A stretch of DNA of 20,000 bases from Spizellomyces punctatus DAOM BR117 (lineage: Eukaryota). A program made the position numbers and the translations under genes. Each line of letters starts with the position of its first letter. Position 1 is the stretch's first letter. Shown in pieces: positions 1 to 11,800 of the stretch. Location of the stretch: assembly GCA_000182565.2 (NCBI GenBank), contig KQ257466.1. The stretch is one strand, 5' to 3'. The notes under the pieces were generated by a model. It had not been told where the DNA came from. It was given only the letters and a program-made list of their open reading frames with translations, and did not search any database.

Positions 1-3000
1 AACCATTTTTCCACTAGAAGCTGCAATTTGGATACTCGATTCCCATCCAAACGAGCCGTCAGGGTAGAAAGGAGGGAGCCAGATATCTCCCTGCACTTTG
101 CGGAATCGTCGTTGACTAGATTCATCACCAAGGCGACAAAGAGCATTTCCGCGTAATGAAATATCATTTCATCAGCCCCCTTATGGATCAGCAAGTTTAA
201 TATCTCGAGTACTGACTCGCGTCCGCTTTCGTGTTCGTATGCCAGATTTTTAACCAAGTAACCTAGTTGCTTGCGCAAGCTATTTGGACCATGTGGGTAG
301 TTCAAGAGGAATTGGAGATACGTTTGTCGACAAAGATCGCGAACTTGAGCACTTTGACTTGTCACCATGCACTTCCGCACAATATCCATCAAATCATAGA
401 TTTCTTTGACAAGAAACTTCCGTCCCAGGATCGCACGGATGAGGGAGAATACCGTCGTCTGCCGATCCGGCACTTGTGTTTCTACATCGGGACGAATGAC
501 ATCGAGTAGTGCGGCAATTTGATTTTGATCAATTGGCACATAACTACAGTCCCGTATTATGGTGGTCAATAAGCGGAAGGCGGCCTGGACCAATTCGGGA
601 TTCGTAGCCAGGCTCCTGCTCACGATTTCAAACAATCGCTTGAGAACGATCGGTATGGTTTCCTTCAGCTTCGGCAAGGGTGCTTTTGCAAGGATGGTCA
701 ATATTCGCAATGCCTGAATGCTAACTGCACTATGTTTGGAATATAGCGAACGGCCGAGAAGTTCAAGTAATGGGTCTAACATGCTCAGGTGACGTTCGTT
801 CCGAATGCTGACGCGTTCCGTCCGTAATGCTGTCAATAGGAGGGACAGCCCGAAGTTAACAAACATATGTGCATTTGCTTGAAAATACTTCAAAGGCTCA
901 ACGCAATCAGTCCGCTTCAGTTGAACCAGAAAATTTTGCTCGACGACTGCTCTCTCCCTTTTTGTCTGAGCTGGCATTTGGGATATAGAAAGGCTCTCGG
1001 TCACAAGGTTATGAATGAAGACCATCAAATCGGTCTCGCTCAAGCCCGTGTTGCTGCTCAGACCGACTGCAAGCTTCCTTAAAACCTCTTCGAGTTTGCG
1101 TATCACTGGCGCACTATTAGTTTCCAGCATGAGCTCCTTCAGCGGTAGCAGCAGAGCTCCGATCATATTGAAGCTGACTACTTGAGATATGAGCTCAAAA
1201 GAATCAAAGCTTTTCGTAACTTTAATCTCACGCATCTTTCCTCGAAGTTCCTCCACTTCCCTTTCCGCACCAACGTCACCGAAGATATCAGCCATGCAGA
1301 TTCGGACAAGGTTTCCTACACACGCGTCCAACTGCCCGGCAGCAACAGTGGGAACCATGTTGGAAACTAGAGAATGCACCGTAAAACCGAGGACATGAAG
1401 TTGATACCCTCTCGTAAGCGCCCCTTCGAGTTCTTTTAAGATGAAAGGTAAATACTCAGCACCCAAAACTGCAGCAATCTTAACCAATGTGTCCCGTGTC
1501 CGATCGCGAGCATCTTGGCCTCGAGAGCGAAGAAATTGGCAGAGTGTTGTAATCAGCTTAGGCAACTGAACCTGTATACTTTTTTCCGGAAGTTTCTGCA
1601 GTAATTTCGCAATAGCCAGAGCCAACGGGACTCGAATAGGTATCGTGTTGTCGTCAACTGCCGCCAGGTAGCCTTGCAGATCCGGCAAGAGCCTTTGCAT
1701 GACCGTACTATGCACCCGTTCAGTAAGCGAGATGTCCGGCATCTCACTACCCAATTTGTTCACCATGCCTTCGGCTCCTTCATCTATCTGGTCCTCATCG
1801 ATGTCAACTTCAACATGGTCATTTGCATCTTCAGGTACGTACAACTGAACTGCACTTTCTTCACTGCTCACATTGGGCATCGCGTGATCATTCTTTCCTG
1901 AGACATCGAAATGGAAATTATCCAGCACGCTGATGATGACCCGGTTTATCACTTTCTCAAGTGCCGGCTTGTGCTGTAGGGCGTTGAGAAACCGTTTGAG
2001 CAGTCCATAATAATGTCCCCAACTCAACGATCCTGCACATGCTGCAAGGGTAGTAACCGCTTCATTGATTAGGTCGTGATCTTGCACACGGTCAGATTCG
2101 AAAATAAAATGTACAACGATCGGAACAAATACATTAGCGATGTTCCCGACCGTTAAATGTCCCGCTCTACATTCATCGGCAAGGCGTCGCAATGCACGAA
2201 TGCGTCGATGTATTTGCATGTGGTATATATTGCCGAAGAAACTGGCTTCCTCATCGCCGTCAGCCAAAAGACCCACCATATCAGAAACAGATGACAAAGA
2301 TGGGAAAGAGCGCACAGTCTGTGCCAACAGATTTAGAAACTCCTGTCGGATCAGCTCGATCTTGAGCTTGAACCCTCGTCGTATCCTCGGAAGTATAACG
2401 TGAACCAACAAGTTCATCCGCTCCGCACACTCTTCTGGCGTGTCCCTATGCCGCTGTTCCGACGTTCGGGCAATAAATTGGGATACGCAAAAACCGGCGC
2501 TAGTACGAATGGAGAACTCTTCAGGTTCCTGAATGTAAAACAGCAGGTTATGCAAAATTGGTAGCCATTGCGTACAGCTCAACGTGACGTAGAGAGATTG
2601 ACTGATGCGTCCAAAGGCCTCAAAGCGGCGATCAAAGTCTGGTTCGTCAAGGCGGTTTGTGGAATATGCGTTTAGCCCATGTATGAGCTCTGACACAAGG
2701 TTCAGACTAGCATCAAGCTTGACAAATTCCGAAAAGACTTTAAGTAATTGTTCGCGCGCTTCTCTACTTTCTAGCGTTCCAAACAGTTGGGATATGACCT
2801 TGAAGTAAATTGTGCCACAGGGTGATGTTTCCCTCAACGCAGGTAATATGGACACGAAGTCGGAAAAAATCCGAAGGATTTCGACCTTGGTGGACTCTGG
2901 AACAGCCTTCGCGGGCCGTTTTAGGTAAGGTAGCATCATGTCCAGCAGATTAGACGCCTGATCAGCATCCGTCACGTGCATGGATATCTGTGCCAGGATG

Positions 3001-6000
3001 CGAATCACCCGAGCGGGAATAGTGTTGCCCAGTAATCGTGTTGGCCCCTTGTCTTCGAAAAGAGAAGAGAGCAAACAGCGGAGATTGAACATCAGCACAG
3101 ATAAACTCGGTTTTATGATATTCGTTGCCAGGGAATCGGATGGATACTCGTCATCCAATAGCAGAATCGCTTCAACGATTTCCAACACGACATTGACGAC
3201 CGCGGGTTGTACTTTCTTCGCGGAGAGGAGAGACAGAATGCTCGGGAATAAAAGTGGCGAGTAATCGATCAAATACGATGCATATTGTCGATGTTTCGAC
3301 CATGTCCTCAGAAGCTCAAGGAGTGAACTAGGCGCCTGCGTATTCTCAACACCGAATGCGGCAATCCGTTTGTTGATGGACGTCTGGAACATCGCCGGGA
3401 TATACGGGCTAAAGTCAAAATCCAAATCCACCTCAAATAGCTCGTTTACCCTACGGATTGCGAGAACACGAATCTCCTTCAGTTGCTTGTCGACATACGA
3501 TTCCCCTGGATCCTCATTTGTCTCAGAGGACCGGTTATTTCTTTTGCGATCTTCCTCGAGAGTATTAGAAAAATGTAGCAGGTATAGCAGGACTTTTAGT
3601 AGCTTTGGTAGGAAGGGGACCAGTAGATTCCTCAGTTGCTTAATGGCATCTTGAAGCAAATGCAGATAGCCAATTTTTCTCTTCATGTCCCTGAGCGATT
3701 CGTTCATTAAACCATCCGTTATCTGCAAAGGGGCCTCAAAGGTCGGTTCCGGAGTACAGACGACGGCATCGAACGAGTCTAGCATCATGTCAAAGATGTG
3801 TGCGCGGTAGGACTCATCTAATCCAGCTAGAAACGCGAAAATCGCCGTTCGCCGGGCTCTTAACATCATTGCAGAACTTCGACCTCGTTTACTGATGAGC
3901 TTGCCGTACAGAATGCGCACTAGAACCTGGGCTAAAGGCGCCTGATCCACAACTTTCACATTCGCATGAATGTCCTCCATATCCACCTTTGAAAGAGTGT
4001 CACGAAACTTATCGTCCTCGGTAAGACATTTCAAAGCATCTTCCAAATATAGGATCCCCGGCTGTTTCCAGGCGATTATACATTCGAGAGCCAATCTCTG
4101 AAGCCGATCATCCCCATGCGAAAGAAGCTGCAGGTAAACGTTGTACAACAAATGCGACTTATAAATACGGGAAGGTTGCCTAACTTTCGACATGACACCT
4201 AGGAAATCGATCACTCTCATTCGACATCCATCTCTGATCTCAACATGCGCTTGCTGACGCTCTGTGCCTGCTCCATTTGGTAGAGGTTGACGAGGTTGAA
4301 AGGTGGTTTGACGACAATCCTCCATCTCAAATAGCGCGAGGAATATGGAAACAATCTGCTCAGAATGCTTCTCGACGGCTTGGGGTACACCAGAGAGAAT
4401 GCCTATGAGAAGAGAATGATATTTCACCGGATCGAAACGATGGCTGGAAATGGTTACTAGATCTCTTAAGAATATGGACAGGCGGTCATCGATATCAGTG
4501 TAAACGGCACGGACTAAGATAGTCCCATCTGCGACATTTGTGCAGTTCACCGTAACGCCGGGTTGCGGAGCTTCGAGCGCCGGCGAAACGTCTTCCTTGT
4601 TCTCCAGACCTGCCTGATCACACATATTCATGTCTTTTCGTATCATGCAAGTTACATCCGCTCCTAGAAGCGTTTCATAATATGCTGACCAGAAAAGGCT
4701 CAGATCGCGTTGTCCAAGGTTGCAAACGAGTTTAGTGGCTTCGGCCCAAAGAGGGGTGAACGGCACACTCAACATCGCCAACGCATAGCGTAAGGGCGCC
4801 TGCGCATACATAGCCGGCAGAGTACCAGACAGAGCTAGGGACTCGAGACGCCGGAAAAGGATGGTCTTCTCTCTAAGTGTCGCGACCGTGTTTGCAGTGC
4901 GTTCCACCTCCAAGCAGATCGCAAAAACAGGACAGGTTCCAGTATATGCGCTATCCTTACTAGGTTCCAGAGGACACTGATCAAACGCACATAATATTCG
5001 TAAGGTATGCAGTCGAACGTCCCCGTTCAGAGACCCAATATCTTTACCAATAGTGGCAAAAACTTCTCCAAGATTACCGGTAGATAGGAGAGCGTGATCG
5101 CCCGACCGCTGAAGGACTTCTACAAAGTCGGCCACCCCTTGCAGAGCTACAGCATTGTTGACAGCATAAGGCAGAAACGAAGTGATGATCACATCCCATG
5201 CGTCGCCTAAGCGATGAATGCTCCCACTCCGTGAAGCAGATTCAGATAGAGCACCGATCACATGGCCAGCCAAAGCAGACATTACAGCGCGGCTGGCAGG
5301 GTCGGTCAACATGTCGCCAGAGAGAACGTCCACGAGCGATGCTATCAAAGCATTTAGAGCCTCAAAAACGTCCGCAAATGGTAGCGCAATGTAAGGGATG
5401 GTTGAACATACGGCGGCAAGTAGACCGAGATCTGAAGATGCCTGATGCGATTCGTTCGCGATTTCTCGAAACTTAGCGTTCCAGCTTTCTCGCTCTCGCA
5501 ATAAATCAATAATTGCCGGAGCTATATCAGATTCAGGCTTGCTTTTAATCTCATTTCTTGTTGATGATCGGAGGTAGCTCACATGAGAGTCAAAGCGAAT
5601 GCGATTATCAGCCGTCTTAAAAGAATATGGAAGGGTTGCGATGTATTGATCGATCTTGCCGCAAAAGCTCGCTAAACACAGAATAAATTCTTTTGGATGG
5701 AGTGCCCATCTTCCTTGTATATATCTGGGATAGATGACATGAATACGAGCCGTATGATGCGGACAAATCCGGATGTGTCACTTACGTCAACAAATACGGA
5801 AGGATGATTCTGGGGAAGTGCTCCCAATTCCGATGATGGAGCAGGTCGCAAAAATGGAGGACGAGTGCGAAGTCCTACATAGCAGTTATCATAAGAATCA
5901 GGCACACGTTATTCAGAGTTCGATATGCAACCGTACATCAGTTGTGAAGAGGGTATTCAAAATATCCTTCCCACGGGTAAGCACCTCTTCCATTGAAGAA

Positions 6001-7671
6001 ATCAGCAAGCATTCGGCCAGCAGCTCAACAAAAGCTGTTTTTGTGTGCGATGGGCAGTCACCGCGCGCCTCGTAAAGAAGTTGGCAAAGAGGGTTCAATG
6101 TCATATAGAGCGACTCTCGATCTGTGAAGTCAGATGAGATAAGGCGATCAAGTTCCTTCATTTACGCACCACTTCAATCAACGTACTTGTGACCTTTCTG
6201 CCATTGCGAAGAGCAACCCAATTGCGGATCAAATGCATTATTTTGCTTAGTTGCATATAGATAGTCGCTGTTGGTGTTCCTGCCCTAATTTTTTCCATCC
6301 ATGACTGCAACTCGCTTAACAAAGTATCCCATAGAGGGATCAGATTCTCAGTTGCGGTATGATGCCCGACTAGTTCAAATAAGCGCTGCAGCATCCGGTA
6401 CGCAGGATCTGAACCTAAACATTAATACTTGAAAAGTTTACAATGACAAACGCTGTCCGAAATACCGGTGTCATCGGATCCTTCACTCAGTATTACCAAG
6501 AATAGCTGCCTCACCATTACTGGTGACCGGTAGTGGACGTTTCCGTCTACTTGCTGCAAGGACGGTAGTGTGAGATACCATACGTGGGTCGTGTTCGTCA
6601 TGCCATATACGTGCCTTAACAGCTTCGAAGAAAAGTGCGCTGAGGCCATCGAGAAGAGGATCCTCAGGGGTCGCTCTGAGGCGCCGGATGATGTCCTCAT
6701 ACAATAAGGCAGCGGATGCTCCTTGAACCTTTCGCATCAACGATCCGAAGGATTCTGCTGCAAAACGCCGAATGTACTCTTTTGTGCTTCTTAACAGTGG
6801 GACCATTAAGCTATTTTTCAAGTACGCAGAGGAAGGAATTAATGACCGGGGCAACCGATGAATCGCGAATGCAACATACTCAAAAGTCGAAGACATATCA
6901 TTTAGTAGGTATTTGGATTGATATTTAACAAGATACGCGAGAGTATTGAACAGGCACTATAATGAAAGGTGACGCAAGAAAAATATGATGAGACCCCCAG
7001 TCTTGATGGCCCCAGAGACATCAGGACTTACCTCGGTTAGTTTGATATCTGATATTTGGAGCAATCGAACAATGATTTCAAAAAGTGGACGGATATAGGG
7101 ATGGAAATCATCCTGCAGATCTCGAGCTAACGCCACGGTCAAACTGGAAAACGGATTAGTAACATGCTCCCATCGCAAGCAGGCACTCGTATACGTACTC
7201 CAAAATCGGCTCGTACGCGAGACTGTCGAATATTTGAAGATGACGCATGATCAATGTCATCATCGCATCTTTATGATATAGTATTTGCACCAGTGACATG
7301 GACAAGGGCCGCACATCCCGGACAAATGAAGTGAAGTGTCCAGTACAGTTGACTTCCACCCATCGATCAAGAGCATCCTTGAAGAAAGAGCCATCCTCGT
7401 CCTGGTGACAGTTGCCAGATCAGACATTTGTACAAATGTTTGAACTTTCAATGTCCCGAGAACAAGCAAACGTACCTCGATTGGACCATGTTGTCGGACA
7501 CGATGAGCAACGTCGATTTTCACCGTTTTGATACGATCATGAAACGATTGAAACTAAGACAGTTCAGGGTGAGAAATCCTTATATTTCGGGAGATAATGT
7601 GAGGCTGGACGTACCCTAAACCGGTTACTACCGTCGGTTGTATTAAGCTCTTTTACTGTGGGCTGCAGCAT
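1..7671 (-). CDS. UTP20: U3 snoRNA-associated protein 20 (SSU processome HEAT-repeat protein); ~10 introns; 3' end lies beyond the window start
   Basis: ATG at 7671. Exon 1 is 7671-7615 and exon 2 is 7553-7476, spliced as MLQPTVKELNTTDGSNRFR|FQSFHDRIKTVKIDVAH. Later exons give SFFKDALDRWVEVNCTGHF, LARDLQDDFHPY and YIRRFAAESFG. The last exon seen starts at 5724 and is in the same frame at base 1. It contains FLLNYPHG..LRKQLGYLVKNLAYEHESGRESVLE and LVMNLVNDDSAKCRE, motifs I recognise from Utp20. It is absent from the ORF track because there is no stop in the window. Confidence 0.93.
6554..6614 (-). other. Probable non-canonical GC-AG intron in UTP20 (61 nt)
   Basis: AAG|GCACGT...CTCAC...CTTGCAG|CAA joins FEAVK to QVDGNVHYRS in phase 0. 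The donor is the locally common GTACGT with T>C at +2. Confidence 0.6.
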
Positions 7672-8100
7672 GGCCGGTGTAATGGAAGAGTAGGGCCCGG
7701 GGAATGATGAATGCGCTCAATGACCGAGGAGCCGGTCGCAAGGCTCCCGCTAGGTTAGGCTGCCCTTGAATTTACTACGAAAAATGTGCCTGGACTGGGC
7801 AGCGAAGATCTACTTCGACGATCTCACGTAAGTCAAAAATAAAAAAATGATTACGTCCGCTTGCCCCCAAGGCGGCTTAGCGCGTCCCCTGCAATGAGTT
7901 GGGTAGGCATGAAACCCAAAAGTCGACGTAAACGGATTCCGAGATCATCAGCAAACGAAGCACAGGAACGAACAGGGTTTACCTAGTAGGATCCGGCTAC
8001 TAGCTATTTTTAGGCCACCGGATCACCCATTTGGGTAGCTCGTATCGTGGCTTACCACCAAGCGATTACATCCTATGGTCCGACTTGTGTGAGTGGACGA
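7672..8100. promoter_or_regulatory. Divergent (likely bidirectional) promoter/5'UTR region between UTP20 and the ZNF511-like gene
   Basis: 429 bp between head-to-head start codons, with an A-tract at 7836-7847 and several ACGT cores. Function is inferred from gene geometry only. Confidence 0.5.
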
Positions 8101-8734
8101 ATGACAGCGAGCAGCGCGGAGACCTCTTTTCGTAAACGGAGGCGGTCTCTTGGAGAAGATATTAATCATGAGACCAAGTGGTACCGGATGCTACCTGACG
8201 ATGATAACGTTACTCCAGTACATCCTCACAACTCATCAGACGTGCCGGTATCTTGCACCCTCGCAGCATCCTGCTTGAACTTCTCATTCCAAACAGTTGA
8301 TGCCTACCGGGAGCACTACCGTGAGGCCCATGTGCTCCTGTGCTTTGTTTGTGGGCGTATTTTACCTACCGCATACTTGCTGGACATTCATCTCCAGGAG
8401 ATGCACGATAGTTTTTTCCAGGTTTTAGCCGCTCAGCAAGATATGGTATGGTACCCATATAACTCGTTGTCGGACAGCATGTTTCGTAACTTTTGGTTAT
8501 TAGTACCGGTGCCTGGTGGAGGGATGTACCACTCTGTCATCCACTGCACAATCCCGAAATCATCACTTCAGTCATTCACATTCACTTAACAAGGAGTATG
8601 ATGTTCGCGTGGTCTTTGGAGAAGATCCACATGAAGTGAGATCAAGTGAACCGGATTCCAGGCTTCTCTTGCTTTCCCCAGCGGACGCCGCAACTGTAGC
8701 GAGTTACGATACGTGCGATTTAGACAGTATATAG
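8101..8734 (+). CDS. ZNF511: ZNF511-like C2H2 zinc-finger protein, 2 exons (8101-8445, 8504-8734), ~191 aa
   Basis: The spliced product has CTLAASC..HYREAH, CFVCGRILPTAYLLDIHLQEMHDSFFQVL and M|YRCLVEGC..RNHHFSHSH, matching the ZNF511 family pattern (H..E.HDS.FQ.L...MY.CLVEGC). The intron is GTATGG...TTAG at 8446-8503. Confidence 0.85.
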
Positions 8735-8806
8735 AAGCCGCAGAGTTTTAACACATATTTAAATCGGTCAATTTTTGTACAGAATAAGCTGCAATATACA
8801 AGACTG

Positions 8807-11800
8807 CTATGACTGGGGGGAGCGCATTAAGGACTGGTTGATGGATTTGGCCACGCTAGAAAACAGTCGCTCGATTTCCGGAGCACACCGTATGAAGTTC
8901 GTATGATCCCAGAAATTGTAACGCGGGTTTCGGATCAATTCGATAAACGTTATCAGAAGGCCGTACGGATGTGGTCGGTTTACTACCAGCCTCTCAATCA
9001 AGACCCTTGAAGATAGAGGTATCGGTTGTCAGACAGCGGAATGCTTACACAGTATCATGTATCGATCCAATTACCTTGTTATTTGTTCCTGCACAATCTC
9101 CTGATTCGCCTCGGCAAACAGGTAGAGCAGTACACAACTGAAATAATGCGTGTGACTATTAGGGTAGCGAAGTTGATTGGCTATTGAACTGAAGAGCAAG
9201 TATCGACCTACGTAAAGATACATTTATGAGCTAAGACTGTGTTTACTAGCCGATTGGCTATTTCCTTACCTTCCGTGTCGAGATCCACCGCCAATTGCTG
9301 AAATATGTCCATGGGAGCGCTGTGTGTTATGGGAGTGGAGCTTTGCGACTGCTTACTCTGGGTTTGCGTTATGGCTTGTACACCAACGTACAATACCAGA
9401 GCATTGATAGCGGCGACATTATAAGCAGAGTCCGGAAGGAGCAAGCGACTCCGTAAGTCCAGCAGAAACGTTACTGGCCCACGCGTCTTCAAATACACGT
9501 CAATGTCTTGCTTGAAATTGTTCAGTAGCAAGCTGCTGGTGTAGTCGGACAGAACGTGCGGCGGCTGGTTGATTTCCGGTAATAAGTCAACTTTCAGATT
9601 CGGTGTAAACGGATCCGGCAGCCGCATGTTTCTCGGAAAGGCGCTAAGAATCAGATTCCGCAGTTGTATGCACGTATGGGGAATCACATCTACAAAGCTG
9701 AAATGATAGTCGCACAGAAATTCGGGAAAGTCGTGCAGCAAGACAAGCAAAATGCGCAAAGTTGCTCTGTACAATAGCCGCGTGGTTTCCGACATTTCCA
9801 CTTGTTTCAACAACGGCCCGAGAAATTTAAACAGGTCGACCAAGAGGCGCTGGAAGAACGGCCAAAACTGATGAAGAAGAAAATGAGCCGTCTATTCGGT
9901 ATACGCACAAGCGGTGTCCAGCTACCTTTTGATTTTCAGCTAAAAGCAGCTTAGACATGAAAAAGCGGTGTGAAACGAGCTGCAGCCACGAAAACGTGAA
10001 TCCAGGCAGGAATGAAGGCTGGAGAGTATGGAATGTGTTGCTGCATCAAGCATAAACGTAAACAGGCATTCATTGCATCAGAGATGACAGCTATCCACAA
10101 ATACGTACCTGACGGCCGACAGAATCTGAATGTAAATTGGTTGCAGATCGTGTTCAAACATGTTGAGATCGTTCAGTAGCGTGGAAAACAATCGGAAGAA
10201 GGGGCGTTGGTTGAAATGAGTACGCTGCTGTTCGTGGGAATGAACCAAGACCAACACGATAATCGAAAGAATCTTTGCTGTCAGATTCAGCCGCGCATGG
10301 TTGTTGTCTGCGCCGGCGGGATCAACATGGTAGCGTACGAGGAGAACAATCAGCCGCGCAAAGGCGTCTACGGCCTGGAAAGGTAGGGCGGGCGGAATAT
10401 CAGGGCTGGATTTTGACTTGATGTACGAATCAATGCATATCTCCGTGCAAACACGGAAGAATAGTGGTGAGATCGACTCGGCCTTCAGGATGCCTTGCTG
10501 TTGCAGCTGAGAAGCGACCTCTGAGAATAAGCATCTGACCAACTAAGCAATTCGAAACACCTTCCCCGTACCTGTTGAATGAAGAACGCATGGGCCTTTT
10601 CGTTGGAAGCGGGATGATAAAATGTGCGGGTCCAATCATGGAACAAAGCAGCCAGGTGCTCTCGAAGGCTTGCCGTTTCATTATCTTTTGCAGTCAAATC
10701 CTTGACGGAGAAAAGAGGCATATTACTCCTCCATGCTTCCAACTGTTGAACAATGCTGGATGAAGTGTGGTATCAGCAAAATCTACCCTTATCAATGGAT
10801 GGTGTTCACCAAATAACTGACCCATCTGATAGTTTCCCACGCATTGCCAATTTGTTTAGCATTTCGAGACTATTAAAGAAACCGCTCTGCAATGCTACTG
10901 GCTGATCGGCTTCTACAAACTTCTGCATCAAGTCCACGGTGAACTCAATGACAGGTGTGCGGCCACCGTCCATTAAACGAGCCAGTTGCATATCAAGTTC
11001 AGAAATACTCAAAAGATTCGCTTGAACAATTGCGAGCGTTGCAGAAACATTGTATTTGCGCTGACCATTAACAGGTTAATACGGACATAGAGCATGTTCG
11101 ACCAAGCGCCTCTCCTTACCTCATCATCATGGTAGAGCAACCAATCTTTAATTTCTTTTGCTAACCGCTTGGAGACGTCACACATCTTTTCCAGCAGATG
11201 CATATAGACCTCTCGTCCGATCGGTGAGTTGTTCTTATACAGTAGCTGGACAACTTTCTGTGCGAAAAGCAGTGCAATTTCATCTCGATTGAAAGAGTGC
11301 GATAGGAGCAACAGTATGTCACGCATTAAAATGCGAATTTCATGCTGAGCTGGAAGGGTAGCCAGTGTAGCAGTGGAGTTCTGAAGGACTTGTTGCTCTA
11401 AATCGGACATATAATGCTATAGCGATACGTCCTTTAGCTTGGAATTACACCCGAACGTTGCGGCCTAAACAAAACGCGTCTCACCGCAAACTTTTCAACA
11501 CATTGTTGCGTGGGTAATGCGCCCCTTGGTTCCTCAAATGTTCCTTCCCCAGCACCCGGAAGGACAGCAGAGACCGTGTCTGAGCGTGTTTCTGCCCGAG
11601 GTATTGCATGCCGAGTCGTCTTTTCACCAAGTTCGGCGCCTGTATATGACAAAATTGGTATTCTGCATTGAAATGCAAATGCATGTCAGGTTCTTCAGCA
11701 GAAGGCCTACCAGGCGTAGGGGACATTTGCCGAGATACTCTAGAGAAGTCTTCGTATACGCGGAACTACGCGAAGTTAGAAACATACTCGCCAACCATAG

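Noticed and set aside
267-6928. Many 60-100 aa plus-strand ORFs
   Set aside because: Antisense shadows of UTP20 exons with no recognisable motifs.
7704-7830. ATGATGA as a box C/D snoRNA C box, or a SECIS element
   Set aside because: There is no CTGA D box at a suitable distance. The site is not in a 3'UTR and lacks the SECIS GA quartet.
8963-8965. NOT1 PHPYG in place of the usual PHPWG
   Set aside because: A single conservative aromatic substitution that cannot be interpreted without an alignment.
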